Shown: piece by piece, positions 52,360-64,000 of the stretch
Layout of the letters: every line of letters begins with the position of its first letter
How positions within the stretch are numbered: the stretch's first letter is position 1
DNA from: Carcharhinus longimanus
Lineage: Eukaryota
DNA length: 64,000 bases
Assembly: GCA_030264375.1 (NCBI GenBank)
Contig: JASCQW010000132.1
Location: 77,766,882-77,830,881, forward strand
Reading direction: 5' to 3'
Notes under the pieces: generated by a model
What the model was told of the DNA's origin: nothing
Database searches by the model: none
What the model saw: the letters and a program-made list of their open reading frames with translations, nothing else
Program-made: the position numbers and the translations under genes

Positions 52360-52865
52360 GATGAGGGGGAAGCAATGGCCCAGTGGTACTATCGCTGGAT
52401 TATTAATCCAGAAACTCAGCTAATGTTCTGGGGACCCAAGTTCCCAGATGCAGATGGTGTCATTTGCAAACTTACTAACCGTGCCTCCTAAATTCTTATC
52501 CAAATCATTAATATAAATAACAAATAACACTGAATCCAGCACTGATCTCTGAAGCACACCACTGGTCACAGGCCTCTACTTTGAGAAACAACCTTCTATA
52601 ACCATCCTCTGTCTTCTATCATCAAGTCAATTTTGTATCCAATTGGCTATCTTACCCTGGATCCCGTGAGGTTTAGCATTATGCACAACCTACCACGAGG
52701 GTACCTTGTCAAAGGTCTTGCTAAAGTCCACATAGACAAACCAACTGCATTGCCCTCATCTACCTTCTTGGTTAACCCTTCAAAAAAACTCAACCAAATT
52801 CGTGAGACATGATTTTCCTCTCACAAAGCCATGCTAACTGTCTCTAATCAGTCCTTGCCTCTTTA
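52360..52865. mobile_element. SINE head (+, 52360-52460) followed by CR1 RT fragment (-)
   Basis: Reverse VYVDFSKTFDKVP and SVLDSVLFVIYINDLD. Confidence 0.75.
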
Positions 52866-52897
52866 GTGTCTGTACTTTTAATCTGCTTCACACACCC

Positions 52898-53220
52898 AAT
52901 CCAAGATGGCACTAGAGCGTGGCAACTTCTTGCAAGCTGTGCCCAGCATACCCTCTAATTCTATCTTGTACTCTCATTCCATGCTTTTAAAACTCTATTC
53001 TGACTCTTTGCCAAACTCTATAACAATGCTTCAATTCAATCTCTTACCTACCTCACATTAAGTTGATCTTTCTCTACACCCTAGCTATAACTGTAACACT
53101 AAATTCTGCACTCTTTTTTCCTTCTCTATGAACGATATGCTTTGTCTGTGTGGCGCGCAAGAAACAATACTTTTCACTGTATACTAATACATGTGACAAT
53201 AATAAATCAAATCAAATCAA
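52898..53220 (+). mobile_element. Short non-autonomous Rex1/Babar-like retroelement
   Basis: 5' 'caagatggc' start joined to 3' 'ttttcactgtatactaatacatgtgacaataataaa(tcaaa)n'. Confidence 0.5.
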
Positions 53221-53715
53221 TGAACAATTGTCTCTTTCTCCTTACGTTTTTGTTATTTTCTCTGAAGTCACCTTCATCAATAATTGCCCATTACCTTTGT
53301 TAAGCCCTTAGTTTTCTTTGTGACTCACTCTGTTTATTTTGTGTCTAGTTTGCTACTCTCTAGCCTTAACATTTCCAGCATTTCCTGTTTTTACTTGATG
53401 TCCCTCTTAATAGTTTTTTAATATTCCCTTTTGAACCTGTTTTTAATAGAGCTGCTATGTTATTTCTATATTTGTGCTGTATTTTTACTGTAGACTCCAA
53501 TATATAAACATTTATACAGAAAATATCTGAAATGCTGTTTGATTTGGGGACTGATTTGAAAACAAAGTTCTGTTTTGCAAGATGGCGTTGAAAACTCCAC
53601 TTGGGGGTGGTGTTGCACAAGAATGGCTGTGACCAGAGTTAAAGTCTACTAACAAAATTTATTTCCATTTCAATCTTTAAAAGTAACAACAAGAGAAAAA
53701 ATATGAACAAACTAT

Positions 53716-53913
53716 GCTGAAATTCTCCGGCCGTTCGTGCCGGCTGGATTCTCTGGTCTTACCGATGGCGCATCCTCTGCCATGTGTTCTCAGTGGTGTG
53801 GGCTGGATTCAATGGGAATTCCCATCGACAGATTCGAAAGGTCCCGTGGCCAGTATATAGCTTGCAGCCCTCTGCCACTGAGAAAATTGCTGAGGGAGGC
53901 CAGAGAATCTCGC
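53716..53913. mobile_element. Mini-MITE
   Basis: Imperfect terminal inverted repeats 'aattctccggcc' ... 'ggccagagaatc'. Confidence 0.6.
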
Positions 53914-54094
53914 TAAATGTCGGAAATATAGCCTCTGGGCAGTTTCACTCTGTAAAATTCTGTATAAATTTTAATACTGAAAATATTACATTTCTATTTT
54001 CTGAAGTCATCTCAAGTACCTGATCACAAAATAATGGACGTGTGTGAGGTTGTTTTAATGCTATCAGAAAATGTCTAAGCTTCTTATAGTCATT

Positions 54095-55293
54095 GGGGAC
54101 AATTTCCCGGCCTCGCTGTGCCTGGTGGAGATTAAGCTGATCCAGGAAACTTGCATGCAGGCCTTAAAACGGGTTTTGCGCCTGATGCCAAACAGTTTGT
54201 GATCATCCCGGTCCCTTTTTACTGGCGCAAACTGGCTCACATCCAGAACCAGTGTGAGATGATTAGCATATTTAAAGTAGCATTTCAATATGCTTAGCCT
54301 GTTCGATTTCAGATTCTCCCAGCTCCCGGAATCTTCCAACACTTGGGTGCAGCCTAAACCCAGAGACAATCCACTGGCTGAGCCCAGGCATGATGGTCAC
54401 GCCAGGGGGCTCAGAGACCACTGAAGCCCCCAGGTGTTCGGGGACATGATGGGGCAATGCCCATCTGGCACTACCCAACTGGCAGTGCCCCCGGCACACT
54501 GTAGTGCCAATTTAGCACTGCCAGTGTGTCAGGAACAGTGCCAAAGAGGTGGGGCATGAGTGAGGGTGGGACCTGAGTGGGGGTGGAGCCTGAGTGGTTG
54601 TCATGATGGGGGTTCATGACCGGGAAGACTATAATGGGGGCGACAATGCAGGAGGGGTTTTACAGGGGTTATTTTGGGGCCATGAAGTATGGAGGTGAAG
54701 AGTGTTTGTAAAAGGGTGAAGCACGAAGCAGGGGGGTGTGAAGGTGTGGGACATGAAAGGGGACATGTTGTTGGTTATGAGAGGGCATGTCAGTGGTCAT
54801 GAAAGAGGTTCCAACACCCTGATACCAGCAATTTGTGTTGGCGAGGAGGTAGAGAAACATGCCACCGCTGCTGAGTGGTGAGGTCCTGATATCCAATGGG
54901 GTGGGCAGCGGTAGGCCAGTGCACTGTGAGATCGGGATGCCATTTCAAAATGACGCCCAATAGCTTTGCAGCCAGGGTCACTGAAGTTTTAGGTCATGCC
55001 CCTCCTACAACCAGCATGACACTCACCAGTCTCTTCAATAATGACTAAGTGTAGGACTAGTCTACAGCAAACAGACTGGCGCAGATCTCTTTGGATTTCT
55101 CTGTCAAGTGCGAGATTTTCTGAACACCTTGCAGCCTGTTTCTCGGTGGTGAGAAGTGACGTGCCATTAATTCTACCCCACGCCATTGAGAAATCTGCGG
55201 CAGAGGTGCACCATCGGTGGGACCGAAAGATTCTGCTGGCAGGAAGAGCCAGAAGATTTCGCCCTTAGTCATTTTTTTGGGAAAATTCTGCCC
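54095..55293. mobile_element. Harbinger-like MITE (nested)
   Basis: TIR-like 'ggggacaatttccc' ... 'gggaaaattctgccc'; ggcagtgcc arrays at 54455-54545. Confidence 0.65.
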
Positions 55294-55309
55294 AATTACA
55301 CCATACAAG

Positions 55310-56140
55310 TGCCAGGAAATAACCATCTCCAACAAAAGAGAATCCAACCATCTCTCTTAATATTCAAAAGTATTACCTTTGCTGAATTCCCTGATAGCTA
55401 ACATTGCCCAGAAACTGAGTTGAACCAGCCATATTAATACTGTGGTTACAAGAACAAGCCCAGAACAAGTCAAGGCTTGGAATTTTGTGGCAAATAGCTG
55501 CTGACTCCCCAGGTGCAAGTCAGGATTGTGATGGAACATTTTCCACTTGTCTGCATGAATGCAGTTCCAACAACACTCAAGAAGCTTGACAACATTCAGG
55601 AAAACGCAGCCAACTTAATTGGCACCCCAACCATTCCCTCGACTACCAATGCACCTCCCAAGCCTTAAATGTCTAGCTACTGGCCAATTAGGAAACAACT
55701 ATTTCTCTTTTTTAAAGAGAGAGAGCTCATTATATATGGTTTGAAGGGCATTAGTCCTCAAGTTGGAAGAGGCGAGGCTCCATTAACCACCACAGTCAGC
55801 ATAGGAATTGAATCCAGGGTGCCAAGACATTATCTATTAGCCATCCGAGCTAAAAGACCCCCAAAAATTTCAACTGCAAAGAAGTACAACGGCAGCAGGA
55901 CTAGAAGTATGCTCCACTTGGAGATTCCCCTCCAAGCCACACACGACCCTGACTAGGAATCATATTGTTGTTCCTTCACTGTCCGTGTGTCAAAATCCTG
56001 GGATTCCCTCCCTCACAGCACTGTGCGTTTACCCACAAAACAAGGAAGCAGCAGTTCAAGATGCTTCTTCACCACTGCCTTCATCTCAAGTCCAATTAAC
56101 TTTGAGCAACCAGCGAGAGTCATGTCCCCTAAATGAACTG
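55310..56140 (+). mobile_element. L2/CR1-clade LINE 3' end with inserted reverse SINE (55720-55862)
   Basis: Homologous to 45025-45665 (TLKKLDNIQ). Confidence 0.75.
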
Positions 56141-57257
56141 GGGGGGGGGGCGATGGGGAGAGGGGTGCCTGCATGATGCAGCTCGGTCTTATATTGTGAA
56201 GGAGTGGGACCTTTCATTCCCATTGCTAAATAAACCAACAAAATAATCAGTAGCGAATTCTTAGACGCTGTTGATATCTGATGAACTCTGGCCATGTAAG
56301 AGTGAAATGAAGAATTAATCATGGGTGCACATGTAAATATAATTGAGCCATAGTGCAAATACATAGCTACTTTAACAACAAGGCTACAGTTGTGAGGGAA
56401 TGCATTGCACGCCAAAATCTTTCATCGTGTCTCCTGGCATTTATTCTTCAGATGTTTCTGCCCTTCCAACAAGCAACAACAAACCTGTGTATGCAATCTA
56501 TTCCTTTAACTCGCTCTGCCTGAAAAAACACCTAATGATATTTGGATCTAGTTCCGGGTTACAATGACACAATCCTCAAGGAATTTCAACAGTGATCCTT
56601 TACCTTGTTAACATCCTGCCGGAGAACTCAGCTAACCCGCGGTGTAAAATCATTCTAAAAAGCCTGATGTAAAACGTTTCTTAGTCATAATGTACCCAAA
56701 GCCAGTAATTTTTAATAATCGATTTTTTGTTGATATGCACCTCCTTTAGAACCATGACGTGCCAGATTAAAAAAGAAAGGAAGATTAATACAATTGAAAA
56801 AGGTTATTTTTAAAATTTGCTTCCTGCCTAGATTTCATTTGAATTGAAAATAAATCGAAACATAGAAAAAAATGTTTGTTGCAAGTATGGCTTCTGATAT
56901 AATTACCAAGTGAACATATCCCTGGATCAAAAATATGATTGTTTTTGTATTTCTTGATTTCTAACATTCCACAGCAGCAAGATATGCCCCGAATGCAGAA
57001 TAGGATTGTCTCCCTCTTGAGAAATGCAGAGAGTAAAGGAATTGAACTGGAAACACCCTCAATCTAGTTCTTGGTTTTCCAAATCCTTCTGCAGTTTCAA
57101 ATACTTGGGAATTAAATTGTTTCTTCTCTTGCGGCCTCTATGCCTCTGCTACTGAGACAAAGTTCTGGCTGTAACCCTGGGATGGAATCTGATGCCTAAT
57201 CTAGGACAAACTGGACTGGATGGGGGGTATCCATGTAAATATAACTGAGCCACAGAG

Positions 57258-58987
57258 GATTTGGAAATCTTTAAAGTTCAGCAGAAAGCCACAAAAAAAG
57301 CTATCAAGAAAGTAAGATGGATTATGAGAGTAAACTAGCTCAGATTATAAAAATACATAGCAAGTTTCTACAAATATATAAAACGAAAAAGAATGGTGAA
57401 AGTAAACATTGGTCCTTTAGAGGATGAGAAGGGGGATGTAATGACTGGAAATGAGAAAATGGCTGAGGCATTGAGTTGGTGTCACAATGAAAGAAACAAA
57501 TCACATGCCAAGAATTGATGACAGGAAGACTATGGCACATGAGAACATAGAAACTATCATCATCAGGAAAGAGGTAGTGTTGGGCAAGTTAATGGGGCTA
57601 AAGGTAAACAAGTCTCCTGGTCCTGAAGGAATGCNNNNNNNNNNNNNNNNNNNNNNNNNNNNNNNNNNNNNNNNNNNNNNNNNNNNNNNNNNNNNNNNNN
57701 NNNNNNNNNNNNNNNNNNNNNNNNNNNNNNNNNNNNNNNNNNNNNNNNNNNNNNNNNNNNNNNNNNNNNNNNNNNNNNNNNNNNNNNNNNNNNNNNNNNN
57801 NNNNNNNNNNNNNNNNNNNNNNNNNNNNNNNNNNNNNNNNNNNNNNNNNNNNNNNNNNNNNNNNNNNNNNNNNNNNNNNNNNNNNNNNNNNNNNNNNNNN
57901 NNNNNNNNNNNNNNNNNNNNNNNNNNNNNNNNNNNNNNNNNNNNNNNNNNNNNNNNNNNNNNNNNNNNNNNNNNNNNNNNNNNNNNNNNNNNNNNNNNNN
58001 NNNNNNNNNNNNNNNNNNNNNNNNNNNNNNNNNNNNNNNNNNNNNNNNNNNNNNNNNNNNNNNNNNNNNNNNNNNNNNNNNNNNNNNNNNNNNNNNNNNN
58101 NNNNNNNNNNNNNNNNNNNNNNNNNNNNNNNNNNNNNNNNNNNNNNNNNNNNNNNNNNNNNNNNNNNNNNNNNNNNNNNNNNNNNNNNNNNNNNNNNNNN
58201 NNNNNNNNNNNNNNNNNNNNNNNNNNNNNNNNNNNNNNNNNNNNNNNNNNNNNNNNNNNNNNNNNNNNNNNNNNNNNNNNNNNNNNNNNNNNNNNNNNNN
58301 NNNNNNNNNNNNNNNNNNNNNNNNNNNNNNNNNNNNNNNNNNNNNNNNNNNNNNNNNNNNNNNNNNNNNNNNNNNNNNNNNNNNNNNNNNNNNNNNNNNN
58401 NNNNNNNNNNNNNNNNNNNNNNNNNNNNNNNNNNNNNNNNNNNNNNNNNNNNNNNNNNNNNNNNNNNNNNNNNNNNNNNNNNNNNNNNNNNNNNNNNNNN
58501 NNNNNNNNNNNNNNNNNNNNNNNNNNNNNNNNNNNNNNNNNNNNNNNNNNNNNNNNNNNNNNNNNNNNNNNNNNNNNNNNNNNNNNNNNNNNNNNNNNNN
58601 TATAAGATTATGAAAGCAATACATAAGGTGGAAGCAGGGAAGTTGTTTCCACTGGTGGGTGAAAACTAGAACTAGGGGGCATAGCCTCAAAATAAGGGGA
58701 AGCAGATTTAAGATTGAGTTGAGGAGGAACTTCTTCACACAAAGGGTTGTGAATCTGTGGAATTTTCTGCCCAATGAAGCAGTTGAGGTTGCCTCATTGA
58801 ATGTTTTTAAGGGATGGATAGATAAATTTTTGAACAGTAAAGGAATTAAGGGTTATGGTGAGCAGGCAGGTAAGTGGAGCTGAGTCTGTGAAAAGATCAG
58901 CCATCATCTTATTGAATGATGGAGCAGGCTTGAGGGGCCAGATGGCCTACTCCTGCTCCTAGTTCTTATGCTCTTTATGTTCTTATA
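57258..58987 (+). mobile_element. CR1/HER1-like LINE (5'-truncated, middle in gap)
   Basis: LGKLMGLKVNKSPGPEG; TRTRGHSLKIRG..FFTQRVVNLWN; 3' UTR with ttcttatg tail. Confidence 0.92.
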
Positions 58988-59228
58988 TAGCAAATGCATA
59001 GCTACTTTAATAACAAGACTGCAGATATGTATGTGTAACTCTGTGCATACGGACTCATGTAGATATGTATGAACTATATATAGTGTGTGTGTAAATTAGA
59101 TTTACATTTCCTGTATTGCCTTTTTGTACATAAACATTGTCCATCACGTACATTGAGGAAACTCTTCCTCCTGATCTCCCATTCCGCTGTCTGAATGTGC
59201 TATGAACATGCTTTGTGTTTTGTTAGGC

Positions 59229-60200
59229 TCCTCAGATTATTGGACTGCTATTTTTAGAAAGCTCAAGCCGTGTGTTGCCACTAGTGCGAGCTCGGATCAC
59301 ATCTCGGTGGCAGGCTGGATTTTTCTAAACATTAACCGTCTCTCTTCCTCATCCTGCACCCGAGGAACATGGCGGGTTAGGCTGGATCCGCAGCTCGCTC
59401 AGCCTCTCACCCAACTGGGCGATCTTTGACAAGACGGGAGTTCAATCGCCAGCGAAAGGTCAGTCCTGGCTCCATCTAATCCTGTAATGATATTATGATC
59501 CGCAGCTTAGAAGATCGCCTTCGATCAAGAGTTGGGAGTGGTGGAAGGCGAAACGTTTCAAGCACTCTCGCAAACTGAGGATATGAATTGTAATACTTCC
59601 CAGCAACTAGGTCTTCGCTAATACCAAGAAGTGATCTCTGACAGTGCTATGCATTACTGCATGTACACACAGGTAGTTTGCACATTCACTGAGCATCACA
59701 ATTGCAAGTTGCAGCTGCATGAGTAAAATAGATCGAGCGATGTACTTAAATTAAAAGCGATGCAATTCAGACGAGTTTGGAGAATACTTGAGTGTGAATT
59801 GTTCTTAGGGAATAATAATCAGTACCCTCACCGTTAGCCTCAGTTTCGCTCAGTTTTTCATTTGCACTCTTGTGTGTGTTAGTTTCATACAGGTGGGCAT
59901 TTCATCCATGCATAGCTGGAACTTGCATCCGTAATGTCATGTACGGTGTTGTGACGAATAAATAAAGAGTTTATTTGATGTACATGCAGTTTTTTTACGC
60001 CTGTTGGTTATTTTTGTGTAAATGATTCTAGAAATTCACACACGTCATTCTAACAACATGTACGTGATGTGATTAACTGACTCATGGCGAAAGATACTAC
60101 TTTGAGACACACAGACGATAGATCGCGAGTTCCATTTATAAGAATTTAATCTGCACTTTTATAGCTATCAGGCAGAGTTATGAAACGCCCTGGCTGATAT
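59229..60200. promoter_or_regulatory. CpG-enriched unique block (possible exon or regulatory element)
   Basis: Visibly higher CpG density than the CpG-poor background; no TE motif recognised. Confidence 0.35.
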
Positions 60201-61409
60201 ACAGCTGCGTGTGTGCATTTTGTTTTTTTTAAAAACTGGAAGTCATTTTTGATAAGCAGTCATTCGGTTTGCAATAAAATGCTGATTTCCCAATGCTATA
60301 ATTGCTATTCGGCATTCTTGCTATGCTAATATCATACATGAGGGGATGGGGTAAAGGGTGTGATTATTAATGTTGATGGGATTGAAAGGTGTATGTCACA
60401 CTCGTAGGGCATCTCACTGTATTTGAATGAGGACCATTTCATTATTAAACTCATAGGCACCACATGCACTGAATCGCCAACCTACCAAGAATCGAATTTA
60501 ACTGTGAAATGCAATATAGTGTCAAACACGCTTCTATCTCCCACTGGGTGGATTGCATTATCAATATAAGACAAAATTAGCATTCAGTTCAAACCGGGGC
60601 GTGTGATAGCTTGACAAAGAATCTATTAACATTTGCTTGCAGCAAGCTATGTTTCTACAACAGTAGTAACTTGTTCTGAAAGTTAGCAGAAATTTCTTCC
60701 CTGGGGCTATGAGAAAGGTATCTCCAGGAAGTAATTGGAAGGGAAAGACAACAGGACTATTGCACTTTAAATAAATTATCACTGCAGCTTACTTAGCAAG
60801 AAGAAAGTGACAGTTAATGCTAATGTTTCATGTATAACTCAGAAACATTTACATTTAATGACGGCTGATATTTTCCCATCACAAAAATGGTTCACCATTT
60901 TGTTTATAAATTTAAATCAATGAAAAAGGCAATTGTGAAATATTTTGTTGCAATTAATTTTGTGCAAGTCTAATTTGTTAGTCAGGATGACAAAAAAGTC
61001 AATCAAAACTCAACTAGTAATAAAGAAACTTGTGAAGCAGTTAATGAACTGCTGTAAGAAATGAAGGTTTTGTTAGTCCAATTGTTAGTCCAGTTGTGTG
61101 TAAACCTGCTGTGAAATGGCACATTAATATTTTAAGAAGCCAACATTCATTATCCATGGCCTGAAAGTTGATGTGATTTGTGGACACATTGGCACAACTG
61201 CAAGAGATCTGGAAGAATACTTACAATTTAAAAATGAACACTGAGTTAAGGCAAATATATTATGAAAAAAATACATGTAAGTGCACTTTTAAAGCCAGCA
61301 ACGCATTTTTATGGAAAAAATACAGTTTAAGTTGGGGTGGTGTATATGCAAATTTTTGTATTTTCAGGAGGACCCACATTATGGAATGGTATAATCATGC
61401 AAATAACAT

Positions 61410-62135
61410 TGGTGTCTCACAAGTGCTGGGGCAATGACCACTTCCAGTAAGAGAGAATCTAACCATTTCTCCTTGATGTTCAACAGTATTACTGAATCCC
61501 CGAACATCAACATTCTGGGGGGTATCATTGATCAGAAATTTAACTGGACCAGCTGTATACTACTATCGATATATGATCTGAGATTGGGAACCGTGTGGCG
61601 AGTAACTCATCTCCTGATTACTCAAGGCCTGTTCATTATCTAAACATTAGGAGTGTGATGGAATATTCCCAACTTGTCTAAATGAGTGCAATTCCAAAAA
61701 CACTCAAGAAGTGCAACACCATCCAGGTCAAAGCAGACTGCTTGTTTGGCATGCTATCCACTGTGTTAATCAATTTCCTCTAACGCTGACATGTCATGAC
61801 AGCAGTGAGTACCATCTACTCTAGATGTATTTCAGCAAGTCCCCAAGATTCCTTTAGCAGAACCTTCCAAGTCATGACCTCTAGCACCTAGAAGGACAAG
61901 GACAGTAGATACAGGGGAGCACCACCTCCTACAGATTCCCTTCCACGATCCTGATTTGGATCTACATTGCTGTTCATTTACTGCCACTGTGTCAAAAACC
62001 TGTAACTCCCTCCCAAACAGCACTGTGGGTGTACCAACACCAGATGGTCTGCAGTGCTTCAAGAACATAACTCACCACCACCATCTCAAAGGAATTATGA
62101 ATGGACATCAAATACCCGTGAAAAGAATTTTAAAA
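61410..62135 (+). mobile_element. L2/CR1-clade LINE 3' end
   Basis: ESPNINILG..IDQKFNWTS; homologous to 45025-45665. Confidence 0.8.
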
Positions 62136-62805
62136 TGAAAAATGTTATAGAAAAACAGGCATTCGCCCATGAAATTTGTGCCCTTTTTACAGCATTGGTC
62201 CTCTTGGTTAGGATTTTCTTCCTAAGTAGTAGGTTTGCTGTTGGTAGACAGTTGGTCTGGCATTTCCTGCTCCTACTCTGATCCCAATCCAATTTCTTGA
62301 TTTGCAAGGGCAGGGAATTGGGAGTAATTCATTCAGGAGAGTGGGCTTATAGATGCTTATGCAATAATAAAGTCCCAGCTTCTCCCTTCACAGAACAAAG
62401 ATTTAAAATTGTTGGTGGTTTTTGACTCTTGGATACCATAATTCTTCAAATGCAGACCCGTTAAATTTAGCTTATTCGGAGGATCATTGATTTCCCTGGT
62501 GTAGACTGGGTATTGATGGGTAGCACAATGAGAATGCTGATCCATTGTTCCCAGTAAAATCCTCTCCAGCCCATTCCACCTTCACAATGCTAGCACTAAG
62601 GGGACCTGAACTTCACCCTGGATGGTCAGAGACTGAAGCATAATCCCTAATCTGCTTAATAGACATCACCATTGTTAGAATCCTCATGTGCAGGCAGAAC
62701 CTCATCAAGATTGTAGGAAAAAAAATAAAATTTCCAATAACATTCTCAGTAAATAATTGGTACCACATGGGAATCAGAGTCCACGACCCTAAGGACCTCT
62801 ACTTT

Positions 62806-63092
62806 TCATAGAATCCTACAATGCAGAAAGAGGCCATTTGAGTCTGCACTGACCACCATCCCACCCAGACCCTATTCCCGTAACCATATGTATTTACCCT
62901 AACTTATCTCCCTGACACGAAGGGCAATTTAGCATGGCCAATCCACCTAACTCGCACATCTTTGGAGAGTGGGAGGAAACCCACGCAGACACGGGGAGAA
63001 TGTGCAAACAGACATTGACCTGAGGCCGGGTCCCTGTTGCTGTGAGGCAGCAGTGCTAACCACTGTGCCACCCATACCACTGTGCCACCAAG
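62806..63092 (-). mobile_element. HE1-like SINE
   Basis: 'caatttagcatggccaatccacctaac', 'gtgaggcagcagtgctaaccactgtgccac'. Confidence 0.9.
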
Positions 63093-63329
63093 CTACCCAT
63101 AACCATAATCTTGCACAACAGTATGGTACCACCTGCCCACACCAAACTTATCAATGTGCAATTCAACTTAATTTGCATCATCATCGGTACTCTTCAACCA
63201 AATCACCTACTCTGCCTCCAGAGTTTCTGCTCTGTGGAGGGGGCAAAATAATCTTTTGATTTCTCCTCAACCACTCACAAACTGGCATAGAGACAAATTG
63301 ATCATAGAGTTGATTGTATGGCTCAAATA

Positions 63330-64000
63330 TGGATAATGGGAGGTAATGGTTTAAATTCATGGAGCACTGGCATCAGTACTGAGGAAAGAGGGAACTTTTC
63401 TACTGGGGTAGGTTCCACCTGTACTGAACAGGGATCAGTATTCTGGCAGATTGAACAATTATGGGTCTAAATTAGGCTTTAAATTAAAAATGTATGGGGG
63501 TGTGTGTGGAAGATTTTAGATAGGGAGATTTGAAAATCTACAGAGAATAGTAAGGCCATAGAACAAAATAGCCTTTTTGGAGTAAAGATAATAAAAGTGC
63601 AATAGGAAGGGACAAGAAATTTAATTCATCAGGGAAAAATGATAAAATGAAAATTAAGGCTGCTTGATCTGAATGCACAAAGCATTTGTAACAAGTTAGA
63701 CAAGCTGATGGCACAATAGAGATAAATTAATTTGATCTAATAATCATGAGAGAAACTTGGCTGCAAGGTGACCAAGGTTGAAAATTCAATATTTCAAGTC
63801 ACTTGAAGTGTAGAAAAAAATAGACAAAAAGGAAAAGGAGGTGGATTAACTCGAATAATGAAGGATAATAGAAAGGCAAGAATGAGGAGGAATCTTGACT
63901 CAGAAGAGTGGAAGTGGAATCAGTAGGGGTGGAGATAAAACATGACAAGGGACAGAAAAAAACTAATGGGAGCAGTTCGTGAGACAGTTTGACATGATAG
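63330..64000 (+). mobile_element. Degraded CR1 ORF1 end and ORF2 endonuclease start
   Basis: LNAQSICNKLDKL, ETWLQGDQG, KGGGL motifs with stops. Confidence 0.7.

Noticed and set aside
1180-58774. Long ORFs made mostly of X (1180-1881, 6760-7326, 20204-20898, 57487-58774)
   Set aside because: Artefacts of N-gaps. Several gaps are about 100 N (placeholder size) and lie inside repeats.
1-64000. CRISPR arrays, operons, rRNA or intact viral genes
   Set aside because: None seen; the sequence is vertebrate intergenic or intronic DNA.

Overview
Eukaryotic, repeat-dominated genomic DNA, very probably from a shark or other cartilaginous fish. The inference rests on HE1/V-SINE-type tRNA SINEs, many CR1/HER1-like LINEs, Deu-domain SINE remnants and Penelope repeats. 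It is a draft assembly with about ten N-gaps, mostly inside repeats. No intact host protein-coding gene can be supported. The window is a mosaic of decayed mobile elements: CR1, L2-like, RTE and Rex1-like LINE pieces, SINEs, a 3'-truncated Gypsy LTR element (12.6-16.2 kb), several Harbinger transposon relics (HARBI1-like transposase plus Myb/SANT partner) with their MITEs, and Penelope-like elements. The most notable structures are: (i) a ~225-bp palindrome of two inverted Penelope-type termini inserted in the Gypsy just before the protease motif, carrying an apparently intact minimal hammerhead ribozyme core at 14301-14335; (ii) a ~1.2-kb non-TE duplication bracketing the Gypsy, whose exon-like half looks more diverged than its intron-like half; (iii) a few splice-site-flanked orphan ORFs and a CpG-rich block near 59-60 kb that may belong to an unannotated gene. 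Repeat boundaries are approximate and family calls come from motif recognition by eye.
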